This document shows positions 10,213 through 18,335 of a stretch of 64,000 bases of DNA, piece after piece; the first letter of the stretch is position 1, and each line of letters opens with the position of its first letter. The notes beneath the pieces are model-generated. The model searched no databases. It was not told the DNA's origin and worked only from the letters and a program-made list of their open reading frames with translations. The DNA is taken from NCBI GenBank assembly GCA_036493895.1, contig DASXOZ010000070.1:38868-102867 (forward strand), written 5' to 3'. The position numbers were made by a program, and so were the translations under genes. The stretch comes from Candidatus Binatia bacterium. GTDB taxonomy: Bacteria > Desulfobacterota > Binatia > UBA1149 > CAITLU01.

Positions 10213-10380
10213 TCAGCGGGTCCTCTGCTTGTAGCCGCAGGCTTTCTCGCAGACCCAGAACAACCCGCGATCGCCGTAACCGGCGAACATCACGATGCGG
10301 GCTTCGGAGCCGCAATCGGGACAGGCATGCTTGGTCTGGGTGGACGTCTTCTGTGCGGTCTTTGCTTTCTTGGCGCCCAT
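10213..10380 (-). CDS. Small (55 aa) zinc-ribbon protein
   Basis: ATG ORF MGAKKAKTAQK..CPDCG..CEKAC, found by manual translation. It is below the size cut-off of the ORF track. Confidence 0.45.
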   Translation of the reverse strand: MGAKKAKTAQKTSTQTKHACPDCGSEARIVMFAGYGDRGLFWVCEKACGYKQRTR

Positions 10381-10532
10381 GGCTTTCTCGCGCGGCCGGC
10401 TTTCGGAACCCGCCCCGCGCCTGTTTCCCGGAAGAACCGGGCGCGGGTGAACGCGGGATCATAGCGAGGATTGCGGGGCAGTCAACATAGCATTGCTTTG
10501 CAACCGCGCGGCAGATGCGAGAAGGCAGCGAA

Positions 10533-11363
10533 ATGGCTTCCGGAAGCACAAACGAAGGATCTGCGACCGCCGCGACCGTTGACGGGCAGATCCGCAGGCT
10601 TCGCGACGGCGAGGCGGTGCTTCTGGTCGACCGGCGCGGCCGCCGGCAACTGAAGCGCCTGCGAGCCGGGCACCGCCTGACGATCCGGTCGTCGGTGCTG
10701 GCCTGCGACCGCATCATCGGCCTTCCGGAAGGCTCGCGGATCGGCGGCGGCCGCGACGAGGAATTCCTGGTCTTCCGGCCCGGTTACGCCGAGATCGTGC
10801 CGCTGCTCGAGCGCCCGGCCGAGCCGATCTTCGCAAAGGACGCGGGCCTGATCCTGACTCGCGGCGACATCCGCCCGGGGCAGACCGTCGTCGAGATCGG
10901 GGTCGGCTGCGGCGCGCTGTCGATGCTGCTGCACCGCGCGGTGCAGCCCGGCGGGCGCCTCGTCACGTACGAGATTCGCGAAGACTTCGCCGAAGAAGCC
11001 AGGCGCAACATGCAGCGCTTCGAGGGCGAGGCCGAGGCGTGGACGATCCGCATCCGGGACGCGGCAACGGGACTGGACGAGAAGGGCGTCGACCGCATCG
11101 TCATCGACGTACCCGACATCGCGGCGATGCTTGCGGCTGCCAGCGATGCCCTTCGCGACGGCGGCATCCTCGTCGCGTTCTCTCCGACGGTGATGCAGGT
11201 GCGCGCGACCCACGATCGCGCGGCGCAGTGCGCATTCACGCTGGCCGAAACGTTCGAAGTGCTCGAGCGGCGCTGGCACATCGATGCCGTCAGCATGAGG
11301 CCCGACCACCGCATGGTCGCTCACACCGGCTTTCTTACCGTGATGCGCCGCCTCGCGCGTTAG
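10533..11363 (+). CDS. trmI: tRNA (adenine58-N1)-methyltransferase, TrmI/Gcd14 family
   Basis: Class I SAM methyltransferase fold (VVEIGVGCGALS) of TrmI type. Second ATG chosen because it has an AGAAGG RBS. Confidence 0.75.
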   Translation: MASGSTNEGSATAATVDGQIRRLRDGEAVLLVDRRGRRQLKRLRAGHRLTIRSSVLACDRIIGLPEGSRIGGGRDEEFLVFRPGYAEIVPLLERPAEPIFAKDAGLILTRGDIRPGQTVVEIGVGCGALSMLLHRAVQPGGRLVTYEIREDFAEEARRNMQRFEGEAEAWTIRIRDAATGLDEKGVDRIVIDVPDIAAMLAAASDALRDGGILVAFSPTVMQVRATHDRAAQCAFTLAETFEVLERRWHIDAVSMRPDHRMVAHTGFLTVMRRLAR

Positions 11364-12193
11364 CGCCCTGAGCCAGTCCGCGACGACGCCAGCCAGCGTG
11401 GCAGCTCGCGCACGTCCGGAAGGATCGCCAGTGCAGGCGAGAGCGCAGTCTCGTCGGGATGGATCCACAGCGCGGACAGTCCCGCACGCGTCGCTCCCTC
11501 GATGTCCTCGACGAGCGTGTCTCCGATGTAGAGGCATCGGGACGGCGCGGCTTGCATGCGCTCGCAGGTGCGCGCGAAGATCTCCGTTGCCGGCTTTCGC
11601 AGGCCTTCTTCCTCGGAAATCACGATGACGTCGAATGCCGCGTCCAGTCCGGCCTGCGCGAGCACGCGCCGGGCGGTAGCGGCGCAGTCGAAATTCGACA
11701 GCAGCGCCAGCCGGTGCGTGCGCGAAAGCTCGCGCAGCAGGTCGCGCCGGTCCGGCGGGCACACCACCGCGCCGGCCAGGCTGTCCATGTGGCGGCGCGC
11801 AAGCTCGACGCTCCACGCAAAGGCCGATGCCGGATCGGCGCCGAGTGCGACGAGCGTGCGTTCGAATCGCACGCGGCTCGGGATCTCGACCTGCGCGCGT
11901 CGTTTTTCCTCGCCGATCGCGATCGACACCCGGCGCAGCTCCTCGAGGAAGGCGGGCGGCGTTATTGCAGGCAGCCACTGGCGGAGCAGCGCCGCGAGAT
12001 CGCGGATCGTCATCGGCACGCTGCGGCCTTCGATCTGCGCCGTCGGCACCCTCGTGTCGTCGAAGAACACCAGGGTCCCGAAGAGGTCGAAGACCAGGAT
12101 GCCGGGCAAGACGTCAGGCAGGACGTCAGGCAAGATGTCAGGGAGGATGTCAGGCAAGACGTCAGGCACGATGTCAGGGAGGATGTCAGGCAT
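11360..12193 (-). CDS. HAD-superfamily hydrolase with an N-terminal (PD[IV]L)x7 repeat
   Basis: HAD motif I LVFDLFGTLV and C-terminal motif GDTLVEDIEGA. The track ORF begins with MPDILPDIVPDVLPDILPDILPDVLPDVLPGIL. An internal TTG start just before motif I is also possible. Confidence 0.7.
   Translation of the reverse strand: MPDILPDIVPDVLPDILPDILPDVLPDVLPGILVFDLFGTLVFFDDTRVPTAQIEGRSVPMTIRDLAALLRQWLPAITPPAFLEELRRVSIAIGEEKRRAQVEIPSRVRFERTLVALGADPASAFAWSVELARRHMDSLAGAVVCPPDRRDLLRELSRTHRLALLSNFDCAATARRVLAQAGLDAAFDVIVISEEEGLRKPATEIFARTCERMQAAPSRCLYIGDTLVEDIEGATRAGLSALWIHPDETALSPALAILPDVRELPRWLASSRTGSGR
12110..12193 (-). repeat. 12-bp tandem repeat x7 (GTCAGGCARGAY on the plus strand), in frame within the 5' end of the HAD gene
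   Basis: GTCAGG recurs at period 12 from 12113 to 12185. Copies differ mainly at codon third positions. Confidence 0.9.
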
Positions 12194-12695
12194 CGTCGCG
12201 GCGCCGGGCCAGCAGCCTTCCGCTGAGCGCGAGCAGCACGATGCCGCCGCCGAGCACGACGGCGTTGAGGTTCACCGAGCGGTGGTGCAGCTCCTGGAAG
12301 CGCGGCACCTCTGCCTCGACTCCGCGAATGCGCGCCATTTCGGGATGGATGACGAGCGTCGTCCACGCCTGCGAAGCGACCATCACCAGCAGCAGCATGA
12401 AGGCCGCGTGCCAGCGGCGGCCGCCGCCGCGCGACAGCGCCCATGCAGAGAGAGTTGCGACGACCCCGACAGCAAGGCCCGCGCGGAAGTAGATCGGAAA
12501 GACGATCGCCGCGATGCGCCCCGCATCCGACGGTGGCATGTTGAGGAACAGCGCAGGAAGCACGCCGGCCGTGAAGAACGCCGAGCCGCCGATCCAGAGC
12601 GACAGCGAGAAGACGTAGATCGAGACGAGCCACGGGCGCGACGGCGACTCGAGAGAAGTCGAGAACCCCTCGCCCACATTTGCCGGATCGGTCAT
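12186..12695 (-). CDS. Small integral membrane protein (DUF4149-like, about 4 TM helices)
   Basis: Hydrophobic segments from the internal Met (MTDPANVG) onward. The stop overlaps the start of the HAD gene. Confidence 0.5.
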   Translation of the reverse strand: MTDPANVGEGFSTSLESPSRPWLVSIYVFSLSLWIGGSAFFTAGVLPALFLNMPPSDAGRIAAIVFPIYFRAGLAVGVVATLSAWALSRGGGRRWHAAFMLLLVMVASQAWTTLVIHPEMARIRGVEAEVPRFQELHHRSVNLNAVVLGGGIVLLALSGRLLARRRDDA

Positions 12696-12705
12696 TTCTG
12701 CGACG

Positions 12706-13749
12706 CTACTCAACCCGCGGTGCCCAGTCGATCCCGAGAAGCGAGCAGGCGGCCCGCGCGGCCCGGGACGCTCCAGCCCAATCGGCCGGCAGTGGCCGCT
12801 CTGCTGCCTCGAGCGCCGCGAGCGCGTCTTCCCAGCCGCCGCTGGCCAGATCCTGCGCGGAGATCGACGCCGTACCTGCCCGTCGCGCCAAGTGCTGCTC
12901 GAGCACGGTATTTTCCGGAAAGCCCGGCCGCGGCACGTAAAGGAACCTTGCGCCGGCAGCATCGACGTCGCTGATCAGCCCGTAGCCCGGCTTTCCGACG
13001 ATCACGTCGGCGGCCGCGATCGCGTCCTCGAAGCTCATCGATGCCGGCAGGTGCACGAAATCGTCGCGGCCGTGCGTCTGCGGCCACGCCGAAGGCACGA
13101 GAAAACGCCGGCGCGAAGAGCGTCGTGGAAGCTCGAGCGGCGGCAACGAGGCTGGCTGGAATGCGAGCAGTACCACCGACTGTTCGTCGGTGAACCCGCG
13201 TGCTCGCCTGCTCGCGGCTCGCGCGCTCGACGGACGCCGCGCGACGAGACCTACGTCAACGATGTTGTCGAACGCCGGCATCGGCGCGAACGGCGTCGCG
13301 CGCAGCAACACGTCGGCCTTTGCATAAAAGCGCGCGCACTCGCGCGCGGCCTCGATGAATCCGAGCTCCTGGTAAATCCAGTCCCAACTGAAATTGGCGA
13401 CGGCGACCGAAGCAATGCCCGCGCGAGCGGCCGCTTCGAACGCCGGCGCCGGCACGTCGCCGATCATCAGATCGAATTGCCCGCGAAGTCGCGCGGTCTC
13501 CCGCTGGAGAATGTCATCGAGGTCCGCGAGCCAGCCTGCCAGCTCGCGGGCCGTGGCCGCGCGATCGACGGTGACGTCATCGCTCTGGACCACGCCGCAG
13601 TCGCTGGGCTCGCCCACCCACTGCCCGGTTGCCCGTTCGAGCGAAGCCGGCCAGACGCGCCGGTCGCAGCCGGCTATGACCGCGATGCGCAGAGGCACGG
13701 CCTCGGCCAACTCGCGCACGACCGCGGCCGCCCGCACCGCATGTCCCAT
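12706..13749 (-). CDS. Glycosyltransferase, GT28 / MurG-like C-terminal domain
   Basis: GT-B C-terminal signature (IVGKPGYGLISD). Confidence 0.55.
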   Translation of the reverse strand: MGHAVRAAAVVRELAEAVPLRIAVIAGCDRRVWPASLERATGQWVGEPSDCGVVQSDDVTVDRAATARELAGWLADLDDILQRETARLRGQFDLMIGDVPAPAFEAAARAGIASVAVANFSWDWIYQELGFIEAARECARFYAKADVLLRATPFAPMPAFDNIVDVGLVARRPSSARAASRRARGFTDEQSVVLLAFQPASLPPLELPRRSSRRRFLVPSAWPQTHGRDDFVHLPASMSFEDAIAAADVIVGKPGYGLISDVDAAGARFLYVPRPGFPENTVLEQHLARRAGTASISAQDLASGGWEDALAALEAAERPLPADWAGASRAARAACSLLGIDWAPRVE

Positions 13750-13833
13750 GCCATGCGCCGATACGTAGACGGCGACCCTCAGTGGCCGCGACGACGAAAA
13801 TTGCTGGAAAGGGGCGGGAGCGATGGGCCGGGT

Positions 13834-14208
13834 TCAGTCTTGGGGCGCCGAGCCCGCCGACTCGGCCGGATCAGCCGAAAAGGAAGCCCCGCAACCGCAC
13901 GAGTGGCCGGCGTTCGGATTGACGAAGCGCAGCCCCGCGCCGTGCAGGCCGTCGACGTAGTCGAGCACGGTGCCGCGAAGCAGCGGCTCGCTCAATGGAT
14001 CGACGAAGACGCGGATGCCGCCGGCGTCGAAAATCATATCACCTTCAGCAGGTTCCGGAGCAAACTTCACGGAATACTCGTATCCCGAGCAGCCGCCTTT
14101 GGTCACCGCGAGGCGAAGCCCGAAGGAGGGGTCGTGCCCTTCGGCCGCACGAGCCGTAAGGACCTTTTCGACCGCAATGGGCGTGAGTTCGACGATTCGT
14201 TCTGTCAT
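13834..14208 (-). CDS. erpA: Iron-sulfur cluster insertion protein, HesB/IscA/ErpA family
   Basis: 124 aa with the GGCSGY..CGCG cysteine motifs. Confidence 0.85.
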   Translation of the reverse strand: MTERIVELTPIAVEKVLTARAAEGHDPSFGLRLAVTKGGCSGYEYSVKFAPEPAEGDMIFDAGGIRVFVDPLSEPLLRGTVLDYVDGLHGAGLRFVNPNAGHSCGCGASFSADPAESAGSAPQD

Positions 14209-14218
14209 GCAGCGCTCC

Positions 14219-15472
14219 GTGGGCAGCGGTCAATCTAACACTGCCGGCCAGCCGCGCAATGGTGCCTCGCCCGGGGCTGCTGCGCCGCGCAATGACGAGA
14301 CGGCAAATGTCCGCCTCGCGACCGCCGGCGGCCCGGGCCTCGAAGGCCCGGACGAGGCGGGCGGTGGCCTCGAGCAGGAGCTCCGGGGGCGCGCCCTGGC
14401 CCTCGGCTTTGCCGCGTGCGGCATCTGTGACGCCGACGACCTTTCCTGCGGCCCATTGCTCGCCGAGTGGCTCGAGACCGGCCGTCACGGCGACATGCAG
14501 TACCTGGCCGAAAAGCACGAGCGCCGCATCCGGCCCTCGCTGGCGCTGGCCGGGGCGCGCAGCGTCGTGGTCGTCGCCTGCCCCTACCCTTCGCCTCCGC
14601 CGCCCGATCCGCAGTGGCGCAAGCATCTGCGCGGTCGCGTCGCGGCGTACGCAGTCGGCCCGGACTACCACGTGCACGTCGCCGAAAGACTCGAGACGCT
14701 CGCGCAGTGGCTTGCCGATCGCGCGGGCGCCCGCTGCGTCGTTCACGTCGACGGCGGCCCGCTGGTCGAAAAAGAGCTCGCGCGAAAAGCGGGACTCGGC
14801 TGGTACGGTCGCAACACCAACATCCTGCGGCCCGGGCTCGGATCGTATTTCGTGCTCGGCACCATCGTAACGACCGCGCCGCTCGTAGCCGACGCCGCGT
14901 TTGCCGCCGACCACTGCGGCACCTGTCGCGCGTGCATTCCCGCGTGTCCCACCGACGCGCTCGGCCGCGGCCCGACGATCGATGCCACCCGCTGCATCTC
15001 GTACCTCACGATCGAGCACCGCGGGCCTATTCTTTCTTCGCTGCGCGCGTCGATCGGCAATTGGGTGTTCGGCTGCGATGTCTGCCAGCAGGTCTGCCCG
15101 TGGAACGCAGACGAAGCCGGCGGCGACGAACGCGCAAGGCCGTGGCTTCCGGACTGGCTCGCGATGACCGAGGACGAGTTTCGAGCGCGCTTTTCGGGAA
15201 CCGCGCTGCTGAGGCCCAAACGACGAGGCCTCGCGCGCAACGCCGCCGTGGCGCTCGGCAACAGCGCCAATCCCGATGCCGTGCCCTTCCTCGCCCGCGC
15301 CGCGCGCGAGCACGACGAGCCGCTGGTTCGCGCGCATGCCGCCTGGGCGCTCGGCCGTTTCGCCGACGCGCAGGCCGTTCGCGAGCTGGAAGCAGCACTC
15401 GCTTGCGAGCGCGTTCCGCCGGTGCGCCGCGAGATCCAGGACGCACTCGCCGGCCCCCGCACGGGCGCTTGA
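14219..15472 (+). CDS. queG: Epoxyqueuosine reductase QueG; the start codon is uncertain
   Basis: 4Fe-4S motifs CGTCRAC..CP and CDVCQQVCPWN with C-terminal HEAT-like repeats. No canonical start lies near the conserved N-terminus. The only in-frame GTG (14219) is 10 bp from the erpA start. Confidence 0.75.
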   Translation: MGSGQSNTAGQPRNGASPGAAAPRNDETANVRLATAGGPGLEGPDEAGGGLEQELRGRALALGFAACGICDADDLSCGPLLAEWLETGRHGDMQYLAEKHERRIRPSLALAGARSVVVVACPYPSPPPPDPQWRKHLRGRVAAYAVGPDYHVHVAERLETLAQWLADRAGARCVVHVDGGPLVEKELARKAGLGWYGRNTNILRPGLGSYFVLGTIVTTAPLVADAAFAADHCGTCRACIPACPTDALGRGPTIDATRCISYLTIEHRGPILSSLRASIGNWVFGCDVCQQVCPWNADEAGGDERARPWLPDWLAMTEDEFRARFSGTALLRPKRRGLARNAAVALGNSANPDAVPFLARAAREHDEPLVRAHAAWALGRFADAQAVRELEAALACERVPPVRREIQDALAGPRTGA

Positions 15473-15504
15473 CCCTGCACCGTTCGAGCACAACGCTCGG
15501 TGGA

Positions 15505-16524
15505 ATGTCCGCTGCCAGTGACCCGCGCGCGACGCCAACGAGCGCTGCCGAGCTTCTCGAGCAGCTTCGTCCGCTCGGGCAGGAAACCGTCTACGACGAA
15601 GAGAGTTGCCGCGAGCTGGCCTCGCTGATCGACGAGATCCGCGAGCTGAAGAAGTCGCGCGACGCGGTCGTGCTCGCGCACAACTACCAGCGCCCCGAGA
15701 TCTTCGAGGTCGCCGATTTCGTCGGAGACTCCCTCGAGCTGGCCCGGCAGGGACGCGACGTGTCGGCTTCGACCATCGTGCTCTGCGGTGTCCATTTCAT
15801 GGCCGAGACGGCCAAGATCCTCGCGCCGCACAAGACCGTGCTGATTCCCGACGCGCGCGCCGGGTGCTCGCTGGCCGACAGCGTCGACGCCGACGCGCTG
15901 GTCGAGCGGCGCGACGAGTTGCGAAAAGTCTGGCCCGACCTGCTCGTGATCTCCTACGTCAACACGACGGCAGCCGTCAAAGCCGTGACCGACATCTGCT
16001 GCACGTCCTCCAACGCCGTGAAGATCGTCGAGGCGGCGCCGACGCAGAACGTGCTGTTCGTGCCCGACCGGAATCTTGCAGCGTACGTTGCCGCCAACAC
16101 GACGAAGAACGTCATCGCGTGGGACGGCGACTGCTACGTGCATCACCAGATCCGTCCCGACGTGATCCGCAGCGTGCGCCAGGCGCGTCCGGGAATCCGC
16201 GTCGTCGCGCACCCCGAGTGCCGCAGCGACGTGCTGGCCGAGGCCGACGCGGTGCTGAGCACCAGCGGCATGATCCGCTACGCGAAAGAGACCGACGCGC
16301 CGGAGTTCCTGATCGTCACCGAGTGCGGATTGTCGGACCGGCTTCTTCTCGAGGTGCCCGAGAAGAAGTTCTACAAGGCCTGCCAGCTCTGCCGCTACAT
16401 GAAGATGATCACGCTCGAAAACACCCGCGACAGCCTGCGCGACCGGCGCGACGAGATCGTGCTCTCCGACGAGACCTGCGACCGCGCGCGCGCGTCGCTC
16501 GACCGGATGCTCGAGCTCGGCTGA
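15505..16524 (+). CDS. nadA: Quinolinate synthase A
   Basis: NadA sequence (VVLAHNYQRPEI..CGVHFMAET..). Start at Met 347 of the track ORF 14467..16524. Confidence 0.9.
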   Translation: MSAASDPRATPTSAAELLEQLRPLGQETVYDEESCRELASLIDEIRELKKSRDAVVLAHNYQRPEIFEVADFVGDSLELARQGRDVSASTIVLCGVHFMAETAKILAPHKTVLIPDARAGCSLADSVDADALVERRDELRKVWPDLLVISYVNTTAAVKAVTDICCTSSNAVKIVEAAPTQNVLFVPDRNLAAYVAANTTKNVIAWDGDCYVHHQIRPDVIRSVRQARPGIRVVAHPECRSDVLAEADAVLSTSGMIRYAKETDAPEFLIVTECGLSDRLLLEVPEKKFYKACQLCRYMKMITLENTRDSLRDRRDEIVLSDETCDRARASLDRMLELG

Positions 16525-16537
16525 CAGCGTTGCGATC

Positions 16538-16586
16538 GGGCCGGGCAAGGGGGCACCGCCGAAAAGGCACAACCCCTTCCCGGCCC
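16538..16586. terminator. Bidirectional GC-rich hairpin between convergent nadA and the methyltransferase gene
   Basis: GGGCCGGGCAAGGGG, a 19-nt loop, then CCCCTTCCCGGCCC, giving a stem of about 14 bp. Confidence 0.55.
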
Positions 16587-16617
16587 GATACGAACGCTGT
16601 GGGTCGGGACGCTGGCT

Positions 16618-17388
16618 CTAGCGCGCCCGTCGCTGCGGCACTTCGCCGAGCTTTCGCGCCTCGACGATCGTGAACAGCGACCAGGGCTTGGTCTTGTAGC
16701 GCTTCTCGAGCACGAGCACGCCGGGATCCATCACGTCCTTCAGGCGAAGGCGCGTGCTCCAGCCGAGGTGGCGCGTGATCGGGTCGACGCGGTCGACGAC
16801 GAAGCGGATCAGCGCGCGCTCGCTCGAGAAATGATTGATGATCACGATCTTGCCGCCCGGCCGGCACACGCGCACCATCTCGTCGAGCATGCGCTTGGGA
16901 TCGGGCACCACGGTGATCACGTGGAAGGCGGTGACGAAGTCGAACGACTCGTCCGGGAACGCAAGGTTCATCGCGTCGCCCTGCTGCAGCTTGATGTGAC
17001 GGTGCTTCAGCGTGTCCATCTTCTGCTGGGCGTGGTCGAGCATGTCCTGCGACAGGTCGATGCCGATCACATCGGCGTGCACCGGGTAGGCATCCACCGA
17101 AAGGCCGGTGCCGATGCCGACTTCCAGCACGCGCGCGCCCGCAGGAATGCGCAGCCCCTTGACCACGTGACCGATGCGGCGCTGGAACACGCGCGTGAAG
17201 ACGTGGTCGTAGATGCCGGCCAGGTCGGAGTAGATGCGGCTGTGGTGTGGAAGCTCGGTCGGGCCCTTGCGAGTCTTGACGCGTTCGCGCTTTACGGGGC
17301 CACGGCCGTCGTCACGCCGGGAACCGAGGATGTCTCCCCTGTCTCCTTTGCGCGAACCGCCGGTCGTGGGCCCAGGCTTGCTTCGCAT
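16618..17388 (-). CDS. Class I SAM-dependent methyltransferase, PmtA-like (phospholipid N-methyltransferase-like)
   Basis: LEVGIGTG SAM motif. Its ATG lies 5 nt after the secF stop, so it is the last gene of the secDF chain. Confidence 0.65.
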   Translation of the reverse strand: MRSKPGPTTGGSRKGDRGDILGSRRDDGRGPVKRERVKTRKGPTELPHHSRIYSDLAGIYDHVFTRVFQRRIGHVVKGLRIPAGARVLEVGIGTGLSVDAYPVHADVIGIDLSQDMLDHAQQKMDTLKHRHIKLQQGDAMNLAFPDESFDFVTAFHVITVVPDPKRMLDEMVRVCRPGGKIVIINHFSSERALIRFVVDRVDPITRHLGWSTRLRLKDVMDPGVLVLEKRYKTKPWSLFTIVEARKLGEVPQRRAR

Positions 17389-17392
17389 TGGT

Positions 17393-18328
17393 TCAGGCTT
17401 TGGCGCCCAGGGTCCTGGTCGAGCCGCCCTTCCACATCTCCACGATCGGGCTGGCGATGAAGATGGACGAATAGGTGCCGGTAATGATCCCGACGATCAG
17501 CGAGAACGCGAAGACATGGATCACGGTGCCCCCGAACAGGAAAAGGGCCGTGCACACCAGCAGCGTCGTCGTCGACGTGAGGATCGTCCGCGAAAGCGTC
17601 TCGTTGAGGCTGCGATTGATGAGGCCGCGCAGATCCTCGCGGGTCGACTTGTTCATGTTCTCGCGGATGCGATCGGCGACGACGACGGTGTCGGTGACCG
17701 AGTAGCCGACGATCGTCAGCAACGCGGCGACGACGGTCAGGTCGATCTCTGCGTTCATCAGGGCCAGCGCGCTCACGGTGACCATCACGTCGTGCAGCAG
17801 CGCGATCGCTGCGCCGATCCCGAATCGCCGGTCGAAGCGGAACGCGATGTAGAGCCCCATCATGACGGTCGAGGCCAGAACCGCAAGGATGGCGCGCTGG
17901 CGCAGGTCCGCGCCCACCCTCGGGCCGACGATCTCGGTTCGAAGGGCCTGGAAGTGCTTGTCCTTCAGTTCGTCGGCGAGCAGCCCGCGCACCCGCTCCG
18001 CCTCGGCGTTGGCCTTCGACGGATCGCTGGTGGCCAGGCGCAACAGGTATTCGCCGGTTGCGCCGCCGCCGCCGTAGTCCTGCACCGAGGCGCCGCCCTC
18101 TCCGAGGTGGAGCTTGTCGACCGCCGCGCGCACGTCGGAGATCGTCGCAGACGCGTCGAGCGACACGTGCAGCATGATGCCGCCGGTGAAGTCGATGCCG
18201 TAGTTCGGACCGCCGCGCCAGATGAGCGCGATCATCCCGAGCACGGTCAGCAGCCCGGACATCGAGAATGCCCACGGCCTCAGCTTCATGAAGTCGATGT
18301 TACGGTTGTTCGGAATCAGCTCCAGCAT
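17393..18328 (-). CDS. secF: Protein translocase subunit SecF
   Basis: SecF membrane domain sequence. Confidence 0.9.
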   Translation of the reverse strand: MLELIPNNRNIDFMKLRPWAFSMSGLLTVLGMIALIWRGGPNYGIDFTGGIMLHVSLDASATISDVRAAVDKLHLGEGGASVQDYGGGGATGEYLLRLATSDPSKANAEAERVRGLLADELKDKHFQALRTEIVGPRVGADLRQRAILAVLASTVMMGLYIAFRFDRRFGIGAAIALLHDVMVTVSALALMNAEIDLTVVAALLTIVGYSVTDTVVVADRIRENMNKSTREDLRGLINRSLNETLSRTILTSTTTLLVCTALFLFGGTVIHVFAFSLIVGIITGTYSSIFIASPIVEMWKGGSTRTLGAKA

Positions 18329-18335
18329 GGCTGCC

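Noticed and set aside
12110-12193. 12-bp repeat as a phase-variation on/off switch
   Set aside because: The unit length is a multiple of three, so copy-number change cannot frameshift. Third-position variation suggests peptide-level selection instead.
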